From: Antedon mediterranea
Lineage: Eukaryota > Animalia > Echinodermata
Direction: 5' to 3'
Length of the DNA stretch: 64,000 nucleotides
Assembly (NCBI RefSeq): GCF_964355755.1
Contig: NC_092672.1
Location: forward strand, 10,292,001 to 10,356,000
Shown here: in pieces, positions 37,474-51,078 of the stretch
Numbering within the stretch: position 1 is the stretch's first letter
Layout: every line of letters starts with the position of its first letter
Position numbers and translations under genes: made by a program
Notes under the pieces: model-generated
The model's input: the letters and a program-made list of their open reading frames with translations, nothing else
Databases searched by the model: none
What the model was told of the DNA's origin: nothing

Positions 37474-40400
37474 ATGAACTCGTTCAGTTTATTTTTACAA
37501 ATATTATGCATCATTGTGTTATTACTACTTGGAAATGAACTGCAATCAAATGTTATAGTGAGTATTTCTTTTTGTTATTTTATTTATGTCTTCAGGTACA
37601 TGTATATTATCTCTCTATTTCACCTCCTCTCTATCTCCTTCTCTTATCTACTTCTACCCTCTCTCCCCGCTTTCCCTCCCAAATATAACTACTGTTCTCA
37701 TTAACCATTTGCTGTTGTGAAAGAACGTCTTTTTGCCTAATTTTAGAGCCCCCACACAGTATGTTTACCCTCCACACTAGCAGTATAACACAATAAAGTC
37801 ACATTTTTTTAACTATATTATCATTTATAGCAATATTCTGATAGAACGAAGAGAAAAGCTACCCCTAATCAGAGCTTCCGATGGCCACAAGCAAGAATTC
37901 CTTATCTTATTCAAAACTCATCAGGTGATCTTAATAATGATAATATTAATTCTGGGAACCATCACAAACGCAGTCTACCAGTTGTTATTATTTAGATAAA
38001 TAATATCGTAAATCGACCCAAGAATTTTTCACTTTTTCAAGTGTATGAAGTAAATATTATATAAATCAAATTAGGGCAAAAATATGACCAATCACGCAAT
38101 CAACCCCTTAACATAAATCTACTAGTTAAATACAAATATCTATAGAAAGAAAACAGTGTGAAATTGTTGGCAATGGTTTTTATGACTATTGAATATTTAT
38201 CTACTGTATCGCAATTTTATCTTTCTTTATCATTCTTATTGTTGTTAATTTACAGAACCAGATCTTCAAGTCATCAGGATTGCTATGCAAATCTGGGAAC
38301 AAGATACATGCCTACGATTTATACCAATAACAAGCGAATATCAACTCCAAAGCACCAATGGAAATAGAGTTGTGTATTTTAAAGGTGAAAGGTAAGTTAA
38401 TAGACGATTATCTTGCAATTGTATTCAATATAACAAGATAAAATATGCATTGAAAACGATTAGTATCATTAAATCCCTACTACTAGATCTAAGGCTAAAT
38501 TATATCGATAGGATTGGTATACTATTATGCCACATCAAGCATCACAGTCTGCTAGGGATCCCATAGGACATCTATATTGATAATGTACCCTTTAAATGTT
38601 GACAACATGTCTTCTTTAGCATATGCCAAAATCTGTTTAATCTGTTCTTATTGCCTTTAAAGTAATAGTATTCGTTCTGGTACGTGTCAATTGCTTTACT
38701 TCTCATGATGTTTTAATGATATTAATTACCAGTAATTTTACACCCCCCTCCCCCAACCTCGAATCGATACACGTGTTTTGAGGTCTTTAAACAGAAACGC
38801 TGTAGACTAGCCTATATCTCCAATAAATATATGCTTACTATTTTGGCATAAGCTATAACTAAATAAAGACAAACATTATTATACACAATTAGATGCGCTA
38901 CACAAACAACTTGAAAAAATCATAAAACAACATTTTAAATGTATTTTAGTTGCTGGGCAGACGTGGGTAGACATGGCTATCCAGAACAACATATTTCCAT
39001 CGGACCTCGGTGTAACAGTGTAAGTGGCTATCAAACTGTTTATATTTGACTTAAGTGCTTGAGCTTTGTTTTGAAGCGCATCTCCTTATATATCTGATTA
39101 AGCCACATTCACACTTCTTCCGACGTTTTACGGAACGTTCAAGTCTCTATAATATGATTTTCCATTATTTAACAACACGGCGCCGTCTTCGATTTGGTAA
39201 AACGGTGCGAATTTAGGTATATTCACCCGATCAAATCAATTACATTTAGTTTGTTGAAACCAACTAAATTGTTTCATGTTTGATGATCATAACAATGTGT
39301 ATGTTTGCAGCTTGCCATAGTTCTTCATGAGATTGGTCATACAATCGGCTTTGAGCATGAACATGAGCGACATGACAGAGATGATTACGTCACAATCAAC
39401 TGGATAAACGTTGAGGCAGAAAATGCTGATGCATTTGAGAAAAAAGACACAATAATGACCGTGCCGTATGATATATACTCAATAATGCATTATGCTAGGG
39501 ACGTAAGTAATCTGTACGATAGAATAACCAAACAAATCCATAATGAAACATCTGTAAAAGTGATAGATAGAAAAAAAGCGAGTCGTTGTACGGAATTCAG
39601 TTGCTATAATTGTATTTCTTAGGTGAACTAAAACCAACTTTTATCTTGATCTTTCTTTTCTAGTTAATTAATTTGACTATAAAATGTTGTATAATCTTAA
39701 GAATATTCTTAATTAATTTAATATAAGTTAATTGATATTTCTTTTTTTTGTCAGACGTTTACAATCAATGGTTCACCAACAATTTTAACAAATGATCCGT
39801 TACTGCAGTACGAGATTGGCAGTGCGCCTACTCCTACTTTTCTTGACAAGAAACTTGCCAACCAAATATATAATTGCAATGGTATGCAGGACTATAATAA
39901 TTAATAAAATAGCAAGCAATATGACTGGAAATTGATACATATAGGCCTAAGAACATAACTATTAAACTCTGTCTACATTATCAAACATTATTTGACAAAA
40001 AGTACCCGTGGACACGATAACACTACCACATTGCACTTTTTTTGTCAAACGAATTTTATAGTGTAGACAGAGTTTTATACTCCATCGATGAGTTTGCTCT
40101 GTAAGTACTTTATTCTTATTAAGTTGAGTTAATCACGATGTGTTTAACTTACAGCTTATTGTGGGTATCGTCGGCCATGTCGGAACGGAGGCTATATCGG
40201 TCCTGAGTGCGCATGTCTGTGCCCACCGGGATTTTACGGCCAACAGTGTGAGTTGGGAGCTGCTCAGAAGATCGAAGGTAACTATATCAATACAATTTTA
40301 GAAGTTTGTTTATAAAATATCTATATAACTAGTTATGTATGTAAATTTATTATATATACTATTTTCTTTGAATTTGTAAATAATTTCGCCTATAGAGATC

Positions 40401-43400
40401 TATTTTCATGCTTCTTTTTCTTTTCAAACTTATTTTTCTTTTTTTATTTGCAATAAAAGTTGTAATATCCATGTCTTTGTATTAACAGGATGTCGATATC
40501 AGCTTACTGATCAAACAGGAATTATAGAATCATCGAATTTTCCGAATAACTACGGAAATTGGGAGGATTGTATATGGTATATAAAGGTAGGATATACCTT
40601 ATAGGCCCTACGTGTTTTACTGTTTTATTTTCCTTCATAATAAAAACCATGTGCTTCAATTCAGTAAAGAAATCTTTCCATGACGATTGTTGTTCTACTG
40701 TATACTATTTTCAACCTCCTTTTTGCCATGTTTTTTTTTTCTACCAATGAATTAAAAATTAAAATATAAAGATTACAGATTTATGGAAATGAATACAAAA
40801 ATACCTTAGCATAAAAACTCCCAACTGTAATAACTATTTGTTTGAATGATTAATACAACAGGCTCCAAGGGGACAAACAATAACCCTTACGTTCCTGGAA
40901 TTTGATTTGGAAGATTCGCCATTTTGTCACCGTGATTACCTGGGAATACGAACAAAGAACATGTACAAGGATGAAGGCAATTGGTAAGATTTCATTTGCA
41001 GCTCTTTGCAGTACAAATCCAAAAAAATTATTCTTCGCCCTTCTACCAAATCAATGTGAAATATAAATCTGTTATTGTTAAAAAACAAATGTTTCTGATT
41101 GAGATTGTCAGTTAAGTTAAAATTGAGGCAAACCAATAACATTCAATATTTCAAACTTCATCTGTTCATATTCATAAATTATAAACCAGTGTCAAACGTG
41201 TGTAAAAGTGTGTGTTACGAATAGACTCTCACTACTCGCGAAGTTTACTGTCGGCCTATAGATGTTAGCCTGACGAAACTGTCTTGAAACATGTCAGCTT
41301 TACACTGATTTTATAATTCGATCTATTATTACTACATGGTAACTATTTCTTAATTATTTACTATGATTAACTATTTATATTGTAAGGTTTTGTGGAAAAC
41401 GGATCCCATCATCAATTACAACGAAGAGTAACGAGTTAATGCTTCTTTTCATATCAGATTATATGATCAACTCAAAAGGCTTCAAAGCGAAATATCAAAT
41501 CAACAATTACGTCTCTCAAACAAATGGTTAGCGCATACAAATAACATTGTATTGCTTATTTAAGAAAAATGTAATTATATATGGTAGCTATACTACTGTA
41601 CAACTATAAGTAAAATAAATAGCTTGTGTTATTTTAAGAAATGTTTTAAACATGCATATAGTGCCTCCATAACATACCGATTACAAATGGAAAGGTTCAG
41701 TCAGTTTTTTTCAATATCAATACTGTTTTGTTAGCAGATTATTCCAACTGCTTTAAGAGAAGTTGCTATGAGTTTCTTGATCAACAAGTATCTCACTGGG
41801 AAGCCAAGCGGTTATGTCAGCTTCGAGGTTCAAAATTACTGATGGTCAGTAGTCCAGAAGAGAATGCATTTATACGGGAGAGATTTGCTGAGCTGGTTCT
41901 TGGAAGATCTTTCTGGATAGATTTTCCATACAATATCCATGACAGAGAACCCGGTTGGAAATGGGCAAACGGTACTTTTTTTTAATTTAATTGCAAAAAA
42001 AAACCGAGGTAATGTATAGTGTCAGGAAACTATATGGGTATAGATTATGCGGAACTAAGTTTGCACTCAGCAGACGAGAAGGTACCCGCGTTGTTTATTG
42101 TCGGTAGACCTGCTATGCTACTGTATGTGTATCTGGAACAATCATGCTTTCTATTCCACTGGAACTTTTACACACACACCACTTTCCAACATTAAGGATT
42201 CTAAACTAAATAATAGCGTACTAATTCTATAATGCTACCATTTTTACAAGCAATTACTACTTTTAAGTTGGCTTTTCGAGGTTACTCTATCTCCCGATAT
42301 GTATTAAAATATGAGGATACCTTTCTTTTGTTTTTTTGTTGTTAGATTGGTATACTTACATTGGGGATTCTAGCACCAAGTGTTGCAGTTACCTCATCTA
42401 CGATGATTGGAAGCGAACACATTGTTATACTCGTGTACCGAATGCTATATGTGAAAAGACGATACAGTATGCGCGACGTAAGTTTTAACAGATAAACGTT
42501 TAGAATCAGATACTCCGTTTCCAAAATAATATACATGTATAAGAAATGTTATTATGTACATATCAAGAACGTATGTAAATAAATTATTGGTATATGAATG
42601 AAAGTAGAAATATTCAAACTAAATAATTATTTTCTACTGTTTTTAGGCTATATATAAACAATCATTCGTTATAGCTTGCTAAATTATTGATTATATTTTT
42701 ATTGTTGTTATTGTTAAAATTAGCCTAATGTATTTTTGTATTTTACTGTACGTATACTGTTTATTTCTTAATTACCTGTTCCTTTCTTAGCAAAATGGAA
42801 TAAATGGTCAGAATGGAGCGTGTGTTCAAGAACTTGTGGGGGTGGTACCAGGATCCGAACCAGAACATGTACGCTACCAGGTTTATGTAGAGGAATGAAT
42901 AACGGAACTAAACCATGTAACAAAGCACTGTGCTCAGGCTCATTCGCACAAGGCAAATGGACCAATCAAAGCAGCACACAGGCTGCTTCTATAAACGCTG
43001 TTGATTTAAAATATTGGCCGAGAGAATTGGACGGTAGTTGTAGTTTGACAGGTAGAGAAACATTGTGTTTTTACTTTAGAATACTTCCTTTAAATCTGTT
43101 AAGTGTATATGTAAAACTAAGTTCACTTTAAGTAGGCTTATTAAACCATAACTGTTGACACAAATCTACGGTACATCGCAAACTTTACCAACATTTGTTT
43201 GTAAAGTAAAGAGTTTGTAGTTATAATTCCTGTTACTGGAGGCTTTAATTGTGTCCTCCAGCATAATCACATGACTTCAACCAATGTAATTTGGTATTTT
43301 GCAAACTAGTTTTCAGTTTGCCAAAGTTTCTTAATTGATTTACGCCCGACAATCTTAGAAGAATTCAGCGTTAGCAAGTTAGCAAACTAAAATTTACAGT

Positions 43401-46400
43401 AACTGCACATCTACAACATCTTTTTGTTCATTTTGTTTTAATTATTATATGTGGGAATTAATCAGTCAAAATAAACGTTTAAGTTAAACTATTTGCATAC
43501 ATGTAAGACTATAACTTGAAGAATTTTAAATCTTTCTTGTGCTCATTTACTACAAAAGTCAAATGTTGTATTTAATTTTAGAATATGAATGGGAGCCGTG
43601 GTGGGTTGTAGATCTAGGACAATCGGAGACAGTAGTGAAGATAGTGATAACGATCGATGCCCAACGATGTGAGTAAAGTATGATACATCTCCTCTGCATC
43701 TCGGCTTTATCCTTTGTCTGATGTATAGCCCTCCTCAAGCCTTTGTCAATCGTTTCTGTTCAGTGCTGTCCTAGCCCAAGTTGTACCTAAATAAGATTAC
43801 CTTGTCCCTTATATCTTTGACTTTAGTGAATGTTTCTTATTACAGTCTGTTTAATGTTTTCCCTTAGTGTGACCCCAAACATTTGTCTTTCAATTGCTCT
43901 TTGTGCAGTGATGAGCTTTTGTTCTACAAACTTAGTAGTCCAGAATTCACAGCCGTAGATTAGCATATAGTCATGAATATAAAATAATTTGAAATGTTCT
44001 TTATTATTTTATCTTTATTTTTAAAAATATGTCAATGATTAACACCTCTAACAATTATTTCCGTAAGTGTATAGACTTGACGATACAGTGATTCGTGTTG
44101 GTGACATTTTAACGGAACCAACATCTAACAACCAGTGTAGAGATTCCATAACGGAGAAAGATATACAAAGCTACCGTGTGAATATAGAATGTAGCCCGAC
44201 ACCTAGAGGACGCTATCTTAGCTTGCAGAAAGAGAATAAATATGGCGTTATAAATATATGTGAAATTGACGTTTTTGTATCAGGTAATCATTTTAAACAA
44301 GAATAAAACAAGCATGATGTATCATGGAAACGGTTAATTGCTTGGTTAAAAAAAAAAAGTATCTTAAGCCTAACGCACTGTTAAAACAATGAATTAATGA
44401 GATTACAATCTCACTAATTTCTCTGCTTAAAATATAAAAATTCAGTCTTGGGTCAAAGCTACTGAAACCTGCTGTACACCAGACAATGACAAATTATGTT
44501 ACATTGTGTTCATATTAGCTTACTGTACACATAGAGGTCATTGTTACTTAATTCTCTTTTCAGCACTAAAATGTCCTTTTCAAGAACCTTACTTAGCATA
44601 TAGTTTACCCGCAGCAACAGGAATTCCAGTTTCTTGGAAAAATCCAACTGTCGTCATTAAAGAAAAGCTTGGAAAGATTTCTTGCTCACACACATCTGGA
44701 TCAGTGTTTCCAATTGGACAAACAGAGGTCACGTGTATATCTCAAAGAACATCCACCACATACTCCAATACCTGTTCTTTTTTAGTAAACGTTGAAGGTA
44801 AGTATCATCTTTTGGTATAGATAGCTATAAACTATAAACTTCCAACATTGGCATTGCGAGTAATATTCGAGATGTAGGCCCTATGTTTAAATAGCAGGTA
44901 GATCAAATGTATGTTGTACTTTTTTAATGTAGGATGTACTTCAAATGCCTTTATTATCTTAGATTACTGTACAAATGAGTTTGTTTAAATTCCAGTGTGC
45001 AAGAACACATTTCACTCCAAGTGTTACAAGATATTTTCTAAAAAACAAACATACCTGAATTCAGTGGAAACATGTCGTCGAGCTGGATATCAGTTAGCTA
45101 CTGTTAGATCTTCAGAAGAGAATGCGTATATTAAAGGAATGATGACGAAGACACTTGGAAATGATAGTTACGCCTTCCTGAAAAGAGATTTAATATTCCA
45201 TGAAGATATTTTTAAAGATAAGAACAATTCAACAACATTTTCCAGTAAGATATCTTGCCTAAATTGTCTCTAATATAAAGTAGTATTCATTTTAATGCAC
45301 TGTAGGAAAGTTCAATACACAAAGTGTGGTTAACGCTTATGATTAGTCCAATGTCATATATTTCAAAAGTTATTTCTAGAGAGAAATAGAAGAGAAAACT
45401 GAACTACCAATCTTTATTTTAAATAAATTGATAATTTCAGCAATAATCGATTAGTCAATTACAGAAAAACAAAACCGATTACATTATTTTTTCACTGTAA
45501 GTATTTTACTGTATGATGCACTATGGAACACTATACGTTAGTTTAAAGTAATGCAAGAATAATTTTCTTACCACACTAGGCAAAAAGTCATTCCATTAAA
45601 AGTAATTATTGGCTGTTTCTCTGTTTTATAGTGAATCAGATACTTTTAAAATGTACATACATATTGATACTTTCAGATTGGTCAGCAGATGAGAGGTCAG
45701 ATGATTATAACATGGTCGGTCAGCAGCAGTGTGCTGTAATTGAAGCAGAGTCTGGAAAATGGACGAAAGATGAGTGCAAACATCAGAAAACGTCCGTGTG
45801 TGAGACTACATTAACCAGTATGTATTCCATTCTATTTGAACCCACAGTATATTTATATGGCATTATTATTATCATCCAATCATTTATTTATAGAAATGCC
45901 GATCAAAAAAAAAATTCTCTTTTATTTGAAAGCACTGTAGAGTGCCTTGTTTCTTTAGTCAATCTGTTTTAGACAAGGGCATTTCTGTTGGCAACGTGTA
46001 AATGTTGATAATTAATTACGGTACTGCTAAAAATGTAGAATAGTCGTGCAAGGCACTGTTTGTACTATGCGCTTTGTGTTACTGGCAGTGCACTTTCATG
46101 CATTCAAACAAAAGCGATTCATTATACTTTACCATATTTTTCTTCTAAGATTGCCAACATTCATTTAACAATGGTTGCTACTTCGTTATACAAACAAAGC
46201 AAGGATATGAACGTTCTAAGGAACTTTGTAAAAACATTGGCGGTGAGCCGGTAACCATACCAAATTCAACTGTAAATAAATATATAAAATCGTTGGTGAA
46301 GAACGAGGTGTTTATTGGACTTACACTTTTAGGACCAAAGGCGACATGGGAATGGAATGACGGTACAAAATTAACTTTTACAAGTAGGTTGTTTTAATTA

Positions 46401-46869
46401 CAAACTATATTTTGTATTGTTTCTTAACTGATCTCATGTTTCTAAATTGTCAAAAATAAATACACAGAACAGTATTAAGGGCGCACATTAAATATGTCAG
46501 AAGCCATTTTAACAAACGCTTGCACGTTTATTACTTGCGTTCAATAGTGCAAAATAATTAATGGCACGTGATGCGTAATTAACCAATCAAATGACTAGAA
46601 GTGTGTGTTAATGTGTAATGTGTAGTGTGTTTTAATAGATCCTTCTCCAGCTTCTTTTACTTAATAACGTGCAGTGTCCATGGGGAATTAATTATTGTTA
46701 GTATTGGACATTTTTAAATTGTAATTGCATGTGTTTAGAATGGCTTAAAGGCTACCCGAAGAAAAACGGAAAGGATAGAGGATGTGTTGTAATGAAGAAA
46801 AGTGGTAGATGGAAGAATGTTTCCTGCAACCAACGCTCTCCAGCTGTTTGCAAGACCAGTCTTATATAA
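37474..46869 (+). CDS. Secreted astacin mosaic protease, paralog 2: SP-astacin-EGF-CUB-CTL-TSP1-FTP-HYR-CTL-CTL (no Ig), ~1035 aa
   Basis: 20 exons: 37474-37557, 37831-37924, 38256-38391, 38950-39019, 39311-39502, 39755-39881, 40155-40277, 40489-40586, 40862-40983, 41387-41526, 41735-41971, 42346-42477, 42791-43051, 43582-43668, 44068-44283, 44564-44797, 44996-45244, 45677-45817, 46150-46383, 46739-46869. Motifs: HEIGHTIGFEHEHERHDRD, SIMHY, RTKR|KATP. Exon sizes and phases mirror paralog 1. Confidence 0.9.
39965..40074. mobile_element. Degenerate Harbinger-type MITE
   Basis: AACTCTGTCTACATTATCAAA ... ATAGTGTAGACAGAGTT. Confidence 0.65.
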
Positions 46870-46887
46870 TGTTTAGACATCGTAAAC

Positions 46888-47090
46888 TCCATGGGGAATT
46901 CATTATAAGATTGGAAATTCTTAATATTGTAAATGCATGTGTTTAGAATGGCTTAAAAGCTACCCGAAGAAAAACGGAAAGGATAGAGAATGTGTTGTAA
47001 TGGTGGTGGATTGAAGAATGTTTCCTGCAATCAACGCTCTCCAGCTGTTTGTAAGACCAGTCTTATATAATGTTTAGACATCGTAAACTC
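46888..47090 (+). pseudogene. Tandem, frameshifted duplicate of the terminal exon of astacin paralog 2
   Basis: Near-identical to 46677-46889, including the acceptor tgtgtttag (46946). A short deletion gives ...CVVMVVD* at 47012-47014. Confidence 0.8.
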
Positions 47091-50000
47091 TTGTGATAAA
47101 CTGATGTTTGTGTAAGTGAAGAAATATTAAATAGTTTAAAGTGTCAATTGTTAAAATAGGTTATTTTCGGTAATGATTAATATTAAAACTGAAAAAATAT
47201 ATTTTTATCTTGCGCGTAATCTACTGTACACAATCAATATCATCTGGTTCAACACATTGTTATGTATTATTCAAATGTTTTGAGTTAATAAAGTATATAC
47301 TTTTCTTTATTTCACATATTTTACGTATATCCGTGTCCACGTTATACAGTTATATTAGGTGAAAATGACAAGGCAATGAATATCCTCCAGTTGTTTCGAC
47401 GAACATAGTATAATCAGTGGGAAACTCTTTAATAAAAGTATGATATAAAATACAACAGATGAATAAAACAGGGCCCTCTACATTTGTTAGACATAAACTT
47501 TATGTAGCGTGATATATAGACTTATTAAGTTAGTTATAATAAGTTTATATTAGCGGCATTGTTTACATGTCAATGACGATGCATTAGATCCTACCGGATT
47601 TTAATTAAGGTCAATTGTATTATGCCAGTTTATAGCGCAATACAATATGGATTGTTTGTTTTTTTTTACTTTTGCAAATTAACATCTAATATGAAAATAT
47701 ATTGTGGTTAGTAAACTACAACTCTGCGGCCCACCATTTCATCAAAATATGTTTTCATTTAATCAATATGTTTAACTGTCTTGATGAAGACGTTTGATGA
47801 ATGAAAGTATGACTGAGCACATTTTATGTAACGCAAGAAAGTGCATTAGTATATTTTGCAGAATATTGAATGTGGCTATCACAATAGAAGAAGGAAAATA
47901 GAACATTTTCATTGGAAGATAAAATAAATTTATCATATAAATGTAGATGATCAGATAATAAGCAACTTTAAGACCGCCACATACTGCAACAGCTGGCCGC
48001 GCCTGCGTCGTGGATAAGGCGTGAAGCATTGCCACTCACCATATGACTACCTAAGTATGTTACTGTCGTCTACCTGGATAATTCAATACTATGTTAAGAT
48101 TACCTGGATACATTGTTTAAACACATTAGTATATCTTGGTATACATTTAACAATACCGGACTTTCTGTAAAATGGAAACTCTCACAAAATCAGACTATTA
48201 AGGTACAATTACGGTCCGATGTTCATTTTTATAGTTAAAAACACATTCTGAATACCAGACTTTGGGGATTTGACTGTATTATAAATAATAAATATAAAGT
48301 TACATGAGTAGGACATACACGGTATGCCTTAATTGATTTAATTGACTTCGTGTATTTCCTGACAACGGAACTTGTCAATATCATGATCCAACTCTATATA
48401 TCAGAACCCATTCGTACTCAAATTTGGGTTCATGGGAAACTCTTAATTGTTTCACAACCTGGACTATAACTTGAGTGTTTTACGTCACCAACTGCTGAAG
48501 CAAATCATGTTACGGGCAAGATAGAGCAAAAATAAATACCATTGACATTAGGAAGGAAGCTGGACTGGACTTGGTGAATGACGAGATTCAATTCATTACA
48601 TGTAGGTAGACACTTCTTTTGTTTTTTTACTATTGACACGCCTTGGACGTTGTCAAGCATTTCATGCAATCCACAGTGTAGGTGTGCCGTTTCCGAAGGA
48701 ATTTGAAGGATAATTCTCGATCACAGGTGTGGTACCTGATGTTCCATAACAAAATAGCTGGTCCTAAATTCCATTTAAAAATCCATTTGTAAGTTAAGAA
48801 TAATACTGTATGCAAAAATAAACCAATGGTCTTCTTTCATCAATCAATTAGTCAACGTATATACAGTATAACATTTATGACGTAAGTAAGCTACTATTCC
48901 TTCATGATTTAGCTTGGATTAGGAACAGAAGTGCATTATTATCCCATGTGTTGTCTGGGTTGTTGTACTATTATACGCAGATACATAATTGTTAAAACAG
49001 TACAATTTGTATTAAATATTTTTACGATTGGCCTACTAAGTAGCTTGCGAATGAATAACGTGGGAATTCTGACAGCATGAACCTATATGTGTCCTAAAAC
49101 TCATACGACGATGGATACAGTTTTTATGAATGCTAATGCCGTTACCTCAAACTCAATCGTAGTAATGATTTAATAGACAACAAAACGTAATCTTAAAGTT
49201 TAGTTGTTTTAAAATTACGTATAGTTTTATTATTGTCAGGAAAATAATAAAACGTTGTGAAAAAAGTATAACTAGTCTTATACATGATAGAAGCGTTACT
49301 AGGTCAAATGTTAGCGAAGCGAGATGACAGAGGATTAGGTTCAGAAACAAGTGCCCATTAGGGAGAGGATTTAACGTTATAAACAAAACGTGTTCCTTAT
49401 CATTTGTATTACAGTATACTATATTATGGACCAACTTCCCGTTGGTCATTTTCCTGAGCATACTAATTATCTATATATAAATTTACGTAAGGGCAAAATT
49501 CGGTAAATCACGCCTTACTTTTAGACTTTTTACTCGATGGTATATAAAGTTGGTTCGTACTTTCGGTACTGATTTTAACCACCTGATGTAACCCTGTTTA
49601 CTAATTAAATTAAGTTAGATAATTAGTTATTGACGATTAAAACGAATTTAGGTTCAACGATTTGCCCCAAATAGGGGTGTTTTCCGATCGTGGTATACAC
49701 TGTCTAATGGATGTCCATCTTGAAAAATACCCGCCACAAAAATGCGAGGAGGCTTCGCATTTTCCTATCTCCTCCTACGATAATTGTTTTTAATAGCTGA
49801 AAACCGGTTGAACAGTTCGCGTACAGTATCATAATGTTGAAGACAGGCCGATTTTCTTTAAAAAATACTATTTTGATAGATTTAATATAGGCCTACATTT
49901 ATGCAAATGTATTGATTTGAAATGAATGGAACATTCCAATCTCTGTTCCACAAGTGTCTATTCCCTCAGGCGTCGTAAAGGCAAGTTCTGTATACTCATA

Positions 50001-50319
50001 ACAGAAATTCTATCCATTTTTTTTTCAATCTGTGCTGCAGAGGTTGGATATAGATTTTTTTTAACGGATAATGAGCTAGCGTTTTCAGTCGCCGTATATT
50101 ATGTACAAATCTTTATTATTGCAGTTAAACCACCCACGTGACATCATCACCCTTCCCTCACTGGCATGAGTAGCGTTGTAAAGCCAGGATAGGCCTACGG
50201 TGCATCCTTCTTCTTCTCTTCTTCTTCGTATTAGGAGCCAACTTCATATGTGAAGACTCTGCTCCTCCAACTCTGTTTTGCTAGCTCTACTGTATTTGGT
50301 TGCGATGTAATACTTTGTT

Positions 50320-50669
50320 GAAACCATCACCGTCCTAGTCGATTGAAATAGTATATATTTCAATTCAATTCTTTTTGTTTATGTCATATCATATTTCCAA
50401 TAAACGCAGAACAACTTTGGTGGGTATGGTTAGGAACCAACTTAAGTATGAATTGGCTCTAAGAAACAATTGAAAACCATTAGGCCTACTAATTAAGTTG
50501 AGTTAGATAATTTAATATTTATTGACGATTAAATCGAATTTATGATTTGCCACGAATAGGGGTGGTTTTCACAAATTGTTTTACATTATATAAATATATT
50601 ATACACGTCGTAGTGATGTATCGTTACATGTACTATACTATTTCAATCGACTAGGACGGTGATGGTTTC
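50320..50669. mobile_element. 350-bp element bounded by perfect 36-bp inverted repeats
   Basis: GAAACCATCACCGTCCTAGTCGATTGAAATAGTATA (50320-50355) and its reverse complement (50634-50669). No clear TSD. Confidence 0.65.
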
Positions 50670-51041
50670 TGTGTTTAGTGGTATATTATTTGTAAAACAT
50701 GAAAACTATTAATATTTCGTTACTACATGGATAAAGAATATATTTAAAAATTGTTCCTCTTTGCACCCATCCTCTTTCCCATCCCTCAACCCTAATGTTA
50801 CATACAAAACACAAATTAAGTTTGTTTAAATTTGACTTAAACAATTGGTCTCATTTTGTGACAAGTTTCTCTTTCGGAAGTAATTCCCAGGGTGCTAATT
50901 TTAGTTCAGTACATAAATCACAGTGTATTTATTCGTTCCTGTAAACGACATGTATTATTGTCCTGCGGTACGTACATTTGAAGTCGCCAGTTTTTTAACG
51001 CTGAAATTATTATGTATTCGAGAACCATCTGTGGGCACGAC

Positions 51042-51078
51042 CTAGATGGTACGCGAGCGAAGCGAGCGTACCATCTAG
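51042..51078. mobile_element. Helitron/Helentron-type terminal hairpin
   Basis: CTAGATGGTACGC-gagcgaagcga-GCGTACCATCTAG, a 13-bp stem ending in CTAG. Confidence 0.45.

Noticed and set aside
41731-41737. TAGCAG tandem acceptor in astacin paralog 2
   Set aside because: At most a one-residue difference in a linker; common and not resolvable from sequence.
46225-46260. Suspected frameshift in CTL3 of astacin paralog 2 (ORF track ends ...TLAVSR*)
   Set aside because: That ORF is in another frame. The exon from 46150 reads through intact (CKNIGGEPVTIPN).
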